Shown here one piece after another: positions 36,387 through 50,345 of a DNA stretch of 64,000 bases (positions are counted from its first letter, which is position 1; each line of letters starts with the position of its first letter). The translations under genes and the position numbers were made by a program. The DNA is from Trichodelitschia bisporula (Eukaryota). The notes beneath the pieces are model-generated. The model was not told the DNA's origin and did not search any database. It saw only the letters and a program-made list of their open reading frames with translations. The DNA lies in contig ML996691.1 of assembly GCA_010356995.1 (NCBI GenBank), positions 936,174 through 1,000,173 of the forward strand. The letters run 5' to 3'.

Positions 36387-38076
36387 TAGGTATGAGGTGC
36401 GAGGATGGGTGGAAGATGGGCTGGTGGTGATGGTTTGTGATAGTGAGCGTTGACGATGGTGGGAGACGGGTTAATGATGATGGAGATAGATGTCGGGGAT
36501 GTCGGGCCTTGGTGGCGTCAGTGACAACTGTGCAAGGCTAGCGGTATCAGGTTCAGAGAAGTGGACGACGGGGTTGGTAATGATGGGAAACGGAATTCTG
36601 GCGAGCCGGATGTCGGGCGTTAGTACGGTGATGGCGGAGAGAAAATGCCCCGCGGAAATAAGTCAGAAGCAAGATGGAACGCGCCCACGTACTCAAGGCT
36701 GTCCCTGGAAGTCGATGATAAACGTCACGCGCGCTCCCGGTCGCCGATACGGGCCTTGCCCCGCTCTGCCTCGTAATCCGGCCTGGGCAACGGCGCTACG
36801 GATGCTGGGCAGAGTCGGCTGAGTCGGCTGAGAGCGTATGTGAGGGATCGGTAGGCTGTTTCCCGTGCCGAGCGTGCCGTAGCGTCGTGGTGAGGCTCTG
36901 CTTCGCTTGTGGGTTGTGGGTGCTAAAGGTGGTGGCGCGGGGAGAGAGGGTATTTTTGGGCTAATCGGGCCGTTTGAGTGCTGGGCGGAATGGTGCCGCG
37001 GGGAGAGTCCGCGGAGACGTGCTGCGAGAGGGTCGGTTAGGGGTTTAGTTGATATGCGAGTTCACCGAGGGAGCGAATGGTGCTTGGGGAGGTGCGTTTG
37101 TGATGTCGGTCTAGTGGGTTGGCAGGAGATGATAGGTTTTGGTTCACGAGGAGGAGTCTGGTTCGGCAGCGGCGGTGCAGACCAGAACCGGGGATGGCTC
37201 CTGAGGGAGGGAGTGACAGATCGGTGACAGTCGCGGGGGCGGAAATGGGGGTTAATATAGATGGGGGGGGATCGTTGGCTGTGTCGCTTCCTTTTGAGCT
37301 GGTTTGATGGGTGAATGAAGCGCAATCTAGAACTACGACGGGGTTTTTGATGATGAGGGTTGTGATGTGAGGCGCGGGGCTGCCTCCAGATTCGGCCTCG
37401 TAATCGTCGTCATGGACCATAGACTCCGTCCCCGGTGGAGTATGTCATCGCTTTATCCCTGAAGCGGCTTGACTCCACCCAAGAACTAGAACCACTACCA
37501 AACCTAACCCTTGCCGTCGCTCTTTCAACCTCGCCGAGTGAAGCTGCAGCGCTCTCTCCGTCTCTACTCTATCTCAGCACGCATTTCGAGCTGAACTCCC
37601 ATCACGGCCTCTACCGTAATCCAACTGGCTCTCTCCAGCTCTGTTTCTCCAGCTAACGCGTCTCCTCCACTTTCTCCCCCAATAACCACACCCCCCACTT
37701 CATCAACAACCCCCAATCCCAAACCCCCTCCCAACTCCATCAGGGTAGCCGCGCCCAGTCACCGGTCCCCGCCAAGCCCCCCGCCAAGCCCGCATCCCGC
37801 ATGCCAAAATTCAGCCCCTCGTCAGCCTTGCCGAGCATCCGCGCGACGCGCAGCGCAGCTTCTACAAACCTAACGAGTCACAACCAGCAGGCGTGCTGTC
37901 CGACCAAAACTGGGACCCAATCACGGCCCGTGGGGTCCGTACTACGTATCGCCTTCCCGGCTTTGGGAATGCAGCTGCTTTCTGGAAGGGAGGGAGCGGC
38001 TGGGCGAGGCTTGTGGTGCGGAATGTGATGGCAAGGGAGGAGCATGTGGTTCGTCGGTGCCCGGGATGGGGAGGGG

Positions 38077-38085
38077 TATATATAT
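38077..38085 (+). promoter_or_regulatory. Probable TATA box of the flotillin gene
   Basis: TATATATAT in a GC-rich context about 180 bp upstream of the ATG. Confidence 0.45.
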
Positions 38086-38264
38086 TTGGCGGTGCCCCGC
38101 ACGAGGGATACATCGTTCACTGTTTGACAACCAACAGCTTTGGACATTTGTTGGAGGATACATCTCGGCTTCATCTCTTACCGTCTCTACCACTACTCCT
38201 TTGACATCACCATCACTACCTCAACACCACCACTCACCCACCACCAACCCCCTCACCCGCCAAA

Positions 38265-39686
38265 ATGTGGTACCACGTTGCCGAGCCATCGGCCTACCTG
38301 GCCATCACCGGGCTGGGCATCAGCAACGTCACCATCCGCAAGAAGAGCGTCCTCTTCCCCTTCCAAAAGGTCTCCAAATTCACAATCACCCCCTTCGACT
38401 TCTCCATGTCGCTGCAAGCCATGACCGTCGAAAAACTCAACTTCTCCCTCCCAGCTGTCTTCACCATCGGCCCCGACGACGAACCCGCCGCCCTGCTCAA
38501 ATACGCCGTCCTGCTCACCGGCGGGGCGTCCGGGCGTGATGGCACCGCCTCCAAGAGCACCGTCACCGTCGGCGAGGGCCGCAAACACGTGCAGGACATC
38601 GTCAAGGGCATCATCGAAGGCGAAACGCGCAGCATCGTTAGCACCATGACCATGGAAGAGCTCTTCAAGGAGCGGCGCGTCTTCCGCGACAAGATCATCA
38701 AGAACATCCAGTCCGAACTCGACCAATTCGGCCTCAAAATCTACAACGCCAACGTCAAGGAACTCCAAGACACCCCGGGGTCCGAGTACTTCGCCTACCT
38801 CTCCCGCAAAGCGCACGAAGGCGCGCTCAACCAAGCCAAAGTCGACGTCGCGGACGCGCGGATGCGCGGCGACGTCGGCGAAGCAGAGAAGCAAGGCAAG
38901 ACGAAGCAAGAAGTGGCCAAAATCCACGCAGCCACCGCGGTCCTCGAAACCGAGCGCAAGGCCGAGAAAGCGGCCGCCGACGCCGCGCTCGCCGACAAAG
39001 AGATCCACATCGCCAAGAACCTGAATCTTAGCAAGATTGCCGCGAGCCGTGCAGCCGAGACGCGCGATGCCGAGCTGGCGAAAGTGGTAGAGCAGCGGCG
39101 CGGCGAGATGCAGCTTGAGAAGCTGAGGGCGGATACGGTGACGAAGGCGGTGATTGCGCGCGAGAGCGAGGCGCAGGCGGCGATGGCGACGTTGTATGCC
39201 ACGGAGCAGGCGGCGGCGGGTACGAAGGCGACGGCGCAGGCCGACGCCGACGCTGCGTACTATCGGACTACGCGCGCTGCCGACGCCGCCCTCTACGCAG
39301 CCCAGCAGGAAGCAGCGGGCGTGGCGGAGATGGCGCGCGGATACGCCGCTCTGGCCGACGTGATGGGCGGCCCGGCCGGTCTCCTACAATACCTGATGAT
39401 GCGCGAAGGGACGTTTGAGCGGCTGGCCGACGCCAATGCGCGGGCGGTCCAGGGCCTGCAGCCGAAGATCAGCGTGTGGAACACGGGATCGGGAGCCGGG
39501 GAGGCAGATGCGGGAGCGCCGTTGCGGAATCTGTATCAGAGTCTGCCGCCTCTGCTGGAGACGGTGCGGGAGCAGACGGGGATTACGCCGCCGACGTGGC
39601 TGGTGGGGATGCCGCCGGTTGAGGGCGGGCAGCAGGGCGGGAAGACGGAGACGAAGGCGCTGAGTGGGCCGAATGGGACGAAGTGA
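38265..39686 (+). CDS. floA: Flotillin (SPFH/Band 7) protein, intronless, 473 aa
   Basis: YLAITGLGI, LQAMTVEKLNFSLPAVFTIGP, GIIEGETR, FGLKIYNANVKELQD, Ala/Glu coiled coil, ANARAVQGLQPKISVWNTG. Confidence 0.93.
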   Translation: MWYHVAEPSAYLAITGLGISNVTIRKKSVLFPFQKVSKFTITPFDFSMSLQAMTVEKLNFSLPAVFTIGPDDEPAALLKYAVLLTGGASGRDGTASKSTVTVGEGRKHVQDIVKGIIEGETRSIVSTMTMEELFKERRVFRDKIIKNIQSELDQFGLKIYNANVKELQDTPGSEYFAYLSRKAHEGALNQAKVDVADARMRGDVGEAEKQGKTKQEVAKIHAATAVLETERKAEKAAADAALADKEIHIAKNLNLSKIAASRAAETRDAELAKVVEQRRGEMQLEKLRADTVTKAVIARESEAQAAMATLYATEQAAAGTKATAQADADAAYYRTTRAADAALYAAQQEAAGVAEMARGYAALADVMGGPAGLLQYLMMREGTFERLADANARAVQGLQPKISVWNTGSGAGEADAGAPLRNLYQSLPPLLETVREQTGITPPTWLVGMPPVEGGQQGGKTETKALSGPNGTK

Positions 39687-40431
39687 GTCATGAGATTGCG
39701 TCGTGGGGAATGAAGGTAATGCTTTGGGTCCTTAGTTACGGTTCCGGTTGTATACGCTTTCCTTTGTTCTGAGTCTGGACTGCGACATGGTCGAGTGCTC
39801 GGCTTCGGCGTTGGGTCCATTTCCATCTGACAATCGCACATTGCATTTCCTTTTGTCCTTCATGTACTGTATCTCTAGGCAGGCTGGCAGGTTAGCTACA
39901 CAATCAAGTGTTAAAGCAGTCCTTGACCTACCGCGAGACGCTTCACAAAGTTGAGCATCCCGAGCGGCATCCGGCGCGGCATCGTCGTATCGCGTAGGCA
40001 TCCTGGGCAGCATCGTCATATCCCGAATCACATGATGCAGCAGTAGGGTAGTCAGATTAGTCTTCATTCATGCCACCCGGCATTCCCACAGCCATCTATA
40101 TCATGCAAATCGTACATCTCTCAAGAGCCACTATCATGTCAGGTAAACGAAAAGAAAGTGCAGTGAACCAGGCCGTAGCGCCTGCCGAAATGTCCGCCTC
40201 AACGCCCGCTCCACCGGATGGTATAAACACAGTTTTGTAACATACGCAGTGAAGTGAACTCCCTCATAAGCTGTCCCGCCCGAAATTGCCACATAAAAGT
40301 TCGTGAACGAAGAAAGAGCCATAGGGTCGTGGTGCTTCGTAATTTTAGGTCTCGCGAGAGACATCCATCTTCCAATGCAGCCTGATGATGCATCCAAGAT
40401 GTGAGACAAGAAAAAGAAAAGAAAAGACGAA

Positions 40432-41823
40432 TCACACTGCCATCCGCTGCTCAACCTGAGCGCGATGTCGGCGCATCGTGTCGGGGTTAAACGGCTCGGC
40501 GGCCGAGGTGTGAAAGCTGCTGACGCTTCCGTTCCCATGCCGCAGATCACCCAGCGCGCCCAGACTCTTCATCTTGCGGAGCATGCCAGCCCGCTTTGGT
40601 GACGATGTCGGCGTCGTCGCACGGCTGACGACGGGGGTGGGTTCCTCAGCCGGCGGCGTGCGCGACACATCGGCATCCGACTTGGCCTTCGGCCGCATGC
40701 GGCGGAACTCCCGGGCGATACGGCCCAGGCGCGATGGCGTCTTTTGCGATGGCGAGTGCGGCTCATACGACGATGCTGAAGTGTTGCTTCCAGTGGATGG
40801 TCGCTTGCAGTGCTTGGAGTCAAAGATACCCGAGTCAACCTTAGCGCGGCGCACGGGTTTGGGTTCGTAGTTGACAAGGTTTATTTCATGGCATTCGTTG
40901 ATGATATTGTTGGCGAGGGTGAGGTACGCTGAAAGGTGGTGCCTGATGCTGGCCCAGCCGTTGACATCGCCGGAGGCACGGCCTTGGTTCATCATGCGTT
41001 CGAGGCATGATGTGCCGCTCTTCTCGACCTTTTTGATGCAGTTGAAGAAGGCCGCGTGCTGACGAGCGAGCTGCTCGTCAGTGATTTGGGCTGGCCTGGA
41101 CCGCGAGTCCAGCGAGGTGATACCAGGGGGGTAGAGGGTGTTGAGCATGGCAATGCAGTTGTGGCGGTTGAATGGCGTGAGAGACATCTCATTAATGAGG
41201 ATCTGAAGGGGTTAGCTTTATCGGCATACCGAAGGCACCAAACATACCCAGCGTCTCAAGCCAATGTACAGGTGGGCGTAGTGTTCCTCCACTTTCCGCT
41301 CCTTATCCTCGAGACTGCGCACCCACTCCGCCACCGTTTGGTCACGACCTTCAAGCTCGCTGTCGCGAGCATCCCGATCCAGCCCAAGACGCCGCAGCGT
41401 ATCATCCACCTCCTTCTGCCGCCGTTTCTCCAGGTCCTTGAGGTAGTCCAAGCCGGTCAGCGCCTGGGGGAAGTCGACGAGATGTAGTTCTCCGGCGAAG
41501 CACTTGTTGAGGAAGGAAGTGACAAAGGAAGGTGGCAGCGAGGACGGCTGCTTGAGCCGGGATATTTGCGAGACGAGTGCCGACGTGAACTGGGCGGTGG
41601 CGAGTTGCTGGTCAAACGTCGCAGACGTCGGTGTACCTGTTGGGCTGTTGGCGCGACTGTGCTGGGGTTGAGCGCGTGGTACGCAGTTGAGTGTATACAT
41701 TGTGCGGAGGGGGATCTCGTAAGTGCCGGGGTAGGAGAGGACATCATCGAGGAAGTCCTGATATGAGGCGCCAGACGACGCGGACTCTTGCGAGCTGTTA
41801 CGGGAATGCGCGAAGGCCGACAT
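40432..41823 (-). CDS. Uncharacterised fungal protein, 2 exons (intron about 41247-41203)
   Basis: Spliced ORFs 41218..41823 and 40432..41187. Globular motifs YPGTYEIPLRTMYTLN, VDFPQALTGLDYLKDLE, YIGLRRW-ILINE, CIAMLNTLYPP. Confidence 0.85.
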
Positions 41824-44800
41824 TGTGAGAGGACGGCACGCCTCCAGAGAGGTGAACTAGCACAGTTGGTGGGGGGTGGTTGAGATCCGTGAAGCCTCGC
41901 GAGAGAAGAGGCGGTTTATATCTCTGGATAGAGACGAGACGAGAGCGGCAGCGTGTCCAGGACCGAAATGGTGAACGAGTGAAGACGGGGAAGATCGTAG
42001 AGCAATGGCCGTGATGAGAGTAAGAGCGGAGAGTCAATGCGGTATGCGGTTTGTACGGAGTAGTATCGACGTGATGACGGTGTGTTTGGTGAATTTGGTG
42101 GTAAGAGAGTGTGGTGTGGGAGAGGCGTCACTATTCAAGGGTGGAGTGGGAGGTGGTGTCTCTTCTTTCAACTTCTCTGTGAGCTCGCCCCTCATCAGCA
42201 GTCGTCCCTTCCCTTTCCCTTTTCCAGCCCATCCCACCCTTCGCTCCTTCCTTCGCATGTTGCTAGCAGCTCCCAAGGCCCTTTCCCTTTCCCCTCCCGC
42301 CGCTTGATCCCTGATCCATGCAGTCGGCGCTTTTGGACCCCATGCAGGCTGCATGGGCCTTGGCGGGGGAGCAGCACCAAGCGCAGGGGTTTTGGGAGAG
42401 ACTCGCACAGCAAAATCACAAAGCGTGATCGACACTCTTGTGCTTTCTGCTTGTGAATTGTGCACAGCAATGTTTCTGATATGCAAAAGAGTACGGATCA
42501 TATTGGGACCAAGATGATGGTTGTGATGGTGGTGGCGATGCTTGACTTGCCTGATATCTGACTGATGACATCTGCCTCTCTCGCCCTGAGGAATTGTTGA
42601 AGTCATTGACCCCTATACTTGTTTCGTCTCTTGATCCTCCTTCTCCTTTCTTGCTCACCATCGCCCTACGAACAGTACTATCATGATACCACTGCTACGT
42701 AGTACTACCGTATCCACTACTCCTTTCTACCGTACTGGTATGCCAGCTAACATCCCCAAAAGCATGGCAATTAGCAGAGCTAACAGCAACTGCCCCCGCC
42801 ATGACCTTCAAGGCATCAACCCACCAGGCCCGACTCGGCTCCTCAAGCTGCACCAAGACCCTTTAAAGAGCCGACGCTCATCCGCATGTGCCATCTGTCA
42901 GTGGGGGTCGCACAGCATCAGATACCAAATAGCGTGACAGCAACGGCATCGCCTTCAACATGAACAACATCGGGCTTTGGCGGAAGCAAGAAAAGAGACG
43001 AATAAACAAGCATCGCCATCAACTCTTTGCTGTACATCCGTAGTGCTGATTCCAATGCATCATTGTTTCTATCAATTCACTATCCCTCTCATGCAGTCTC
43101 GCCGCTGGTCTTCGATTGCCCCCACCACGCCCACATCCTCGGGTTATCGCGCCGCCCTGCCCGCCCCCCCTCCCCTCCCAATCAGGCCGGGAGCTCACAT
43201 GGCCGCCTCGAGACAATTCTTCCATTCGTCAGTCACGACAATGCTATCACAATCACGCACTCTGACGACTGCATACGCCCGTAATACTTTTCGTCGTCTC
43301 AACTCCTGTCTGAGCATCAATTCCGAACTTTCTCCCAATTCACATGTTCACGAAAATCTCTGAATCCCTCGGCCTCATCCTCCGCCTAGCCCCTCCAAAT
43401 ATGCCCGCCCAAAAAAGCCCCCCTTCTCGTGCCCTTTCGAAGAACCATCGAACCCACCATTTTCTAGCCTCAGCGCCCGTGCACAACCCACCACCCCCGC
43501 CCAGTTGTGGCGCAAACCCGCCTCGCGCCACCGCCGGGCCTCACAGCCGGAGCGTGCTCGCGGCACGGGGGTCCTTGGCGCGCGCAAACCACTGACTCCG
43601 GGTCAGAGCAAGACTCCAAAAGAGGCCACAGAGCGCGCTGCACTACGCTGCTGCGTCGTGGGCAGCAGGGGCGGGCCAGTCCACCGTCTGAGAGAGAGCG
43701 CCTGCGAGTGCGGGAAGCAGCGAAAACGAGGGGGAGACGCGCGACGCACTTCATGCCTTGCCCCGTAACAAAACTGTGCCTTGCTTGATTGCTTGGAATG
43801 TCTCCACTGTTCACCCGCGCCCATCTGAGCCGCGAGACTCGGGCCCGGGACCTGTATCCTGCTCCCTATCGGCCCTTTGCTTGTGGTGTCTTCCCCACTC
43901 CGTTCCCCGTTCACGCGTTTGCTGAGTTGCACGCCGTGCGACGGTACCTCCCGATCCTGCGATCGAGGGCTCGAGTCGGAGTGTGGAGAAGGGACGAGGG
44001 GGCCCCCCTCCCTTACAAGGTGGACTACGATACTGCACATTGCGAATCCATGATCATAACAACACCATAATCCCTCTCCCCAACGCCCTCACGCGGAGCT
44101 GGTCGCTCCACCACCGGCCGGGCAAACGGCCACCAGGCTCAGTATCGACAAGGACCAGCCCTAAAGACATCCCGGGCCTTACCCTAAAACCGGAGCTCCC
44201 CACCCCTCCCCCTACCAACGGCGCAGCCCGGCCGCAAAATCCCTTTTTTTTCCCTCGGTCTTGATAGGTGCGTCGGGGAGCGCTGCCGCGGATGCGATGA
44301 CGGAACGGCTTGTGCTGCCTCAGGCGCAGATATCACAGGGAGCATGCTTTGCTGCACACATACAAGCTGGCTGCATATATACAAGGTTGCTCGCGCTGCT
44401 TCGGTCTAAGTGCGAGTCGCGCGGTTGGAATGGTATTAGTGCTGTCCGTTGCTTCGTCCAGGCGGGGCAGACGCGTGGGACGCGGACAAGGTTGTTGTTG
44501 TTAGTGGTGCCTTTTCAAGGCCTCACTAGGAGAGGTAGTCGAAACCGGGTGCCCGGGTGCTGGGGCCGGCGGGGATCGTCGGTTCATTACGTAGCTGCGT
44601 CGGTGGAGAGAAACTTCGAACTAACCAACACTAACTGGACTGACCGGGACATAGCCAGCAAAACTCGTGAGATGCAAGACCTCGAACAACCCGCTCTTGA
44701 GCAAGACGATGCCGGCTGAGGATCCAGCTTAACTGCAGGACGACGGCATGTGGTGATGTTCTTGCGATTGGTATGGTGAACACTGCGGCTGAGTGTGCCC

Positions 44801-46439
44801 GCTGACTGCATCGGCAGCAACTGTGTCGGCTGCGCGGCGAAGAGATTGCGATGCGCGATGCGCGTTCACGATGAGACCGGTTCCCGACTGAGGCTGGTGG
44901 TTACGCAGGCGGCGGGGGCAGCATCCCGCCTTCGCAGCAACGGTCATGAACACACTGTCGTAATCATGTCTCTATCAACCGTCCATTATGCGAGGCAGAA
45001 GCAGCAATCGGGGAGGCAAAGGTGTCAGCTCAGCTGCTGCGAACCTCAGACTACGGCGACGGACTCCACTGTAAGCAGCAGGCAGAGCTCTCAGCGCTGG
45101 AATCGCACTCAGTATAGCACTCTGACATCCGAAGAGAGCCGTCAACGCTCAGCACTCAGCCGTTGGAACGGCGAAGCGCTCTCTCACTGTGCTGGCACTG
45201 CACATTCGCGTAGATATCATGAACCCACAGCGCGCGCTCTGCGTCCGCAACCTCCGCGCCCAACTGAGCACGAGTTGCATAACTATCCAAACTCCCCACA
45301 TGTACATCTCCAAACTCTCCATTGAACAACCCTGTCCTTCCGCGCGCTCGGATCCACGCACAGCGGCCGAGTCGGCACACACACCGGCTCCATAAATCCG
45401 ACGAGCTGATTGGCCTCTAAGTAGAAAATTCGGTGGCCGGTAGATAATTACGAAAAAGCGGTCCATGCAATTGGATGCGCTATCAACGAAAGATTTTCGG
45501 TCGACAGCACGGATGGACTGGCTCGACGGCACAGTGAACGCCTTATCAGATGCGCGGTGTCACTACGAAGGTGAGGCTGAAGGAGGTTTTGCCCGTAGTG
45601 CGCTGCGGCGTGGTGGAGCGATCGCTGGAGATGGAAAACACCGTCAAGGCGACGAGTTCGGCTTCGGTGTTGGCCTCGCCGCAAGGGAATCCTTTCTCTG
45701 ACCTCACCTCCGCCCTTAGAATGGGAAGCCCTGCGCAGGACCAGACGCAGGTACCAACGTAAACAGAATCCCACATCCTCCATCCTCCAAGATCCCAATC
45801 CTCAATCCGCCTCGATCAAATCTCCCCCTATGCATCGCACCCATCCTCCCGCGCCGTCGATCCTCCAAGATAGCCCGGGTATCCCGGCTCGGCACATCCC
45901 ATTCCCATCCTCGAGATCTGGCGGGGGAGCTGCTCGGCCCGTAGCCGGCCGATCATTGCCCGTATCGACTTTGTCAACTACTGCGTCGGTGAGTTTGGGC
46001 GTGACGGCAGGACAACGTGATTGCTGCAGGCTGGAGAAATCGTCCTATCGTCCTAGGGCGCCTAATGCCGCGTGCCTATTCCCCGTCCTCCGAGATAGCC
46101 TTACGGTGTGAACTGTCGATCGCGGGTTGACGCGGTCGGTGTGCGATGTCTTATCCTCGAGGGGACATCATAGGCCGATTGCGGAGGAGGACATGCAAAC
46201 TGCAAAGTACGTACCGACATGCGCGCGGGTAAGGCTAGAGCAGCAACGGCAGAGCGGCACCGGCTAATTGCATCAAGGAATTAGTTGATTTGCTGACGTC
46301 GGCTTCCACGGGCTTCGGAACCGCAACTGCATGAGTTTTCGAGCGTTGCAGCAACCTGCGTTGCAATGGTCGGTCCGCAGTCCCTAGGTCGAGGTTGCTA
46401 CTCGCTCTCCGTTCTGCGCTGCGCTGCGGTGTACGAGGG

Positions 46440-46481
46440 AGCGTGCGCGGGGTGCAGCGTGCGCGGGGTGCAGCGTGCGCG
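46440..46481. repeat. 16-bp tandem repeat (GCGTGCGCGGGGTGCA) x ~2.6
   Basis: Perfect copies at 46441-46456 and 46457-46472 plus a partial third. Confidence 0.9.
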
Positions 46482-47689
46482 ATGGACCAGGCATCCTTCA
46501 CTTACTCGAGAGAAAAGTGTGGGGATGCAATCGCGAGTCAATGGTCGCGAAGCCGGCGGCCGTCGATCGACACGTCAGTCAGTTTCGCTCCTTCTTCCTC
46601 CCTCCCTCCAACCTCCCTTCACCTCAACACCGCGCGAACCACGCCGAACCACCCCACGAAACCCTCCGCTCCGTCGTCCACCCCCACATCTCCAGCCCCA
46701 CGACGCCGAATGTCAGCTCTCCGCCGTGGTTCAGCCTACAGCCTCCGCCGCGGCTATCGCCCTCCACGCGGGGGGGGCGGTGACAGCGCGCGCCCAGATG
46801 CACTCGCGCAGATATAACTAACTTAGTGTGGAGGGTCAACTGTGGCCGTCGTATGTTCTCGCTCCCCGATATGGCCGACTGCGGCGCCCGAGGCGCGGGG
46901 CGTGCAGCTAAGCGCAGCCGCCATCGCGCGAACCCCCTTTGACCGGCGTCGCGCTAGAATGTTCGCGAGCTGGATCTGGAAGGAGGAAAGACACCAGCGT
47001 ACGTCCGTATTTGGTTGGGCTTGATTGGGATGAGAGCGTTGGGGTTGGAGGCTTGAAGAGAGAGGGTTTGAAATGGTTGAGGTTGTGCGGAGGAGACATG
47101 ACTTTGCGGGTGTAATGGTGCTGAGGTGGGGTGGGTAGGTGCACGTGATATGTAGTGACGACGAGGTCTTCGGAGAACAGTTGATGGCTGAGAAATTGAA
47201 GTGAGTATATGGCCCATGGGCGATTGAAGAGCAAGAACTGACTTATAAGGTCAAGATGCTCGAAGTTCAGAGGTTGGAAACGCCAGAGTTAAAGTCACGA
47301 TATTTCCATGCTCAGCAATCATCCCAACCATCACCAGTCACATCCCAACTGTAGCACCCAAATCAAAGACTTCAGACGGCATGCCTACAGAGCTATCAAC
47401 GTCTCGTCTATCCAAAGCCAATTAAAGCCTCTCTATCCAATCCCAATCCCCGCATGCACAACCGCGCCGCTCACATGACCAACAATCCGATGCAGCCTTC
47501 CATCTCAGCCTCGCGATCTTAAAGCACGGCCCATATATCCCGCCAAGAGGGAGACACACCGTGCCGCCCTCGATATTAACTGCCATGCAAACCACTTCCT
47601 CCATATTGCACTACTTACACGCGCGTCTGTCTTCTCACGATCGCTGAATTCCCCACATCACACCACCATTCTTTTCAGCTTCCCCTATC

Positions 47690-48518
47690 ATGCAGTTCCT
47701 CGTTCTCCTGACTGTCGCTTTCGCGAGCCTCGTCTTCGCTCAGCACAACCACAGCACTGCTATTACCGGTTACGTGTACGGTCCTGTCTTGCTCCCGGCA
47801 AACATCCAGGATGCGAGCCGCAAGACTGGCTTTAATGGCACTGCGCCGGCGAACACGATGCCGTCGCTGACGTACAGTCCCGCCCACCGTTGCCTAAAGG
47901 CTTATACTAACCTTGCGGCAGCGATAACTGGAACTTCATCAACTACTGCACGGGCAAAGTCCACACCAACGGCGCGCAGAACCGCAACGGGTCCTGCAAT
48001 GGGATCGGTAAGCGCACTTCCCCTCCCCCACTCTAACCCACTGACCACGCCTAGTCATGGGCGACCTCCCCGCTGCCTCTCAGATGGTCTCTACGATCAT
48101 CACCTCGCCTCTCCCGGGTGAGAATCTTCCAGTCAACACGTCACTCGCAATCCGCCTCCGCGTCGCTAACCTCGCGCCCGGCCACTTCGCCGCGCCAGGG
48201 TCGACGTACTTCAGCGCGCCGCAGCAGCTGGATTCCGCCGGGTGTGTGCGCGGCCACGTGCACGTCACATTGCAGGACCTTGGTGGTAGCTTCACACCCT
48301 CAGCCCCGTTGGATGCACAGAAGGTTGTGTTCTTTCAGGGCGTGAATGATGCTGGCGATGGGTCGGGGGGCTTGGTGGCACCACTGCCGAAGGGCTTGCC
48401 TCGTGGTTTCTATCGGGTGTGTACAATGGTGGCGGCGGGGAATCATCAGCCCGTCGTTATGCCGGTCGCGCAGCGGGGAGCGCAGGATGATTGTACGAAG
48501 TTCTCGGTGGGAGTTTAG
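47690..48518 (+). CDS. Secreted Cys/His-containing fungal protein of unknown function, 3 exons
   Basis: Signal peptide MQFLVLLTVAFASLVFA. Spliced product ...NFINYCTGKVHTNGAQNRNGSCNGIVMGDLP...GHVHVTLQ...YRVCTMVAAGNHQPVVMPVAQRGAQDDC. Confidence 0.85.
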
Positions 48519-50345
48519 GGAGGACCTGTGGGATATGTTTCCGGTGTCGGGTTTTGATTCGGGTCCGATGATGCATCAAAGTGGAAAAGACAATGACATT
48601 TGAGCGACACTTTGCGACTTGAGAAGCATCAGAGCCCGGCGGGGAGTGACGAGAATGCGAGGTGACTCCGACTAAAAAGCAAGGGGAAAACAAAGGTAGG
48701 GCATTTAGCTGCCCGAAAAGTTCAACGCAAGGCGAAGGTGAGAAAAAGAAGTGCAGCTCGCCCGCAGCTTGGAGATATTTACTGTGATGGTCCGCATTGT
48801 CGGCATTTCCTTTGCTGCCCTGAAACCCTCGGGCGAAGTTGGGTATGAATTTTCGTCGACTGCCAACACTATGAGCGAGTTCTCGACCCGCCCGACCGGC
48901 TAATTCCGTCAGCATGTGAGAATCAAAGAGTGATTACCCTAGGAATATTGCTTGTGCTGCTGCCGAGCAAGCTTGCTTCAATCAATAGCAGCGGGACAGG
49001 CTTCCGGAGATCGAGATGCATGGCGAAATCTGCGTGGGCCGGCCAGTTTGGCCCCGAAGCAATGGAGAGGGGACAGGGGCACACGAGGCACCGGGTTGAA
49101 AAGGTGACGAGGCCCGAGGATTGATTGCCGTAGGACTCAAATCCGGGTCTGTGAGCCCTTCGAGAAGGCTTCCACCAAAAGGCTTCTATGAGACGAGGCC
49201 CTAGGCCCGAATGGTTGGCTGGCTGCTGGCGGGAAATGTCGGCCGCGGCAAGAAGCCAGCATCCACTGCTGTGAATCGAAATATGGGCTAAACCGAGAGC
49301 GGGGAGCGGAAAGTGGTTGTTAATCTAGAGACGGTCCGTGATGCTTGGGAGATGTGGTGTGTTCTTATATGGAAAGGGCATTCGGCTGATCTTCCGTCAG
49401 ATGGCTTGGCAGCATCGGACGTTACCGCTGGATCTCATCTCAACCACGTATTCCATTCCACCCACTATGAACACCGGACAGAACCGAGTGGGGACGTAGA
49501 AGATCTGAGATCCGAGGCGGGCTCAATATCGCTATCCGCAAGTTTTGCCAAAATCTACGTACCTGACATTGTCCCCGTTCTAGACATTAATGAAGGCCAA
49601 AATTTAGCCCTAATCCTGATCGTCCGAATATGTCGGCCATCCCATCCGATGTATCAGGTTCACGTCGCCGGCCGATGCCAGCGAGGCGGCTCTCCACGAG
49701 CAAACGCCCTGATGGAGCGGGGTAACCGTCGTCATCCGCCGAGGGAAGGTACCATCCACCAATGTCGAGGCCAGCTGTAGAACGTTCAGCTGTAGGAACC
49801 CGTTAATTTCAGCGCCTGTATCATCCTTATCTTCCCCCAGAACCGAATGTCCCGAGTACCATCAATAGGCATATAGCCCTCACCAGAGAGCGACTCATTC
49901 GACCCCCACTGTAACGCAGATCTTTAAGCCCCAGGCCCCACATCCAACCCAGCATTCAGTAATCAGTAAAATGTTGAAATGAGCAAGCGTCATTTTGCCC
50001 GCTAGTATCGCTTGCCCAACTTTGCCTACCGCCGTGACCCTGGGATCTCGCTTATGGCCGCCGAGCGAGCTTTCAGCCTCGTGTGTCCGCCCACCACCAG
50101 ATTAGCACCACCCGCTTGAACCCACCCGTCAATGTCCCAACCCGACCGAGCTCCATCTATACCGTTAAATAGACGACCTCGGCTCGAAAGGGTACCTCGT
50201 ACCGGGTCACCGCACGAAATGTGACAGCGGGAAGACCAGGGAAGGGTGACCAGACCAGACCAGGCAGATTGAGACTTATAAGTAATCCAGCCTGCGTCGG
50301 TTTGAGCCGTTTGAGTAAGCAACCGCCTCAATCCCACTCGCTACA

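Noticed and set aside
37037..37420. 127-aa minus-strand ORF (MVHDDDYEAE...)
   Set aside because: No recognisable motif or convincing splice structure; cannot be supported as a gene.
45448..45798. Overlapping short ORFs in the long intergenic region
   Set aside because: No family resemblance, and several frames are equally open.
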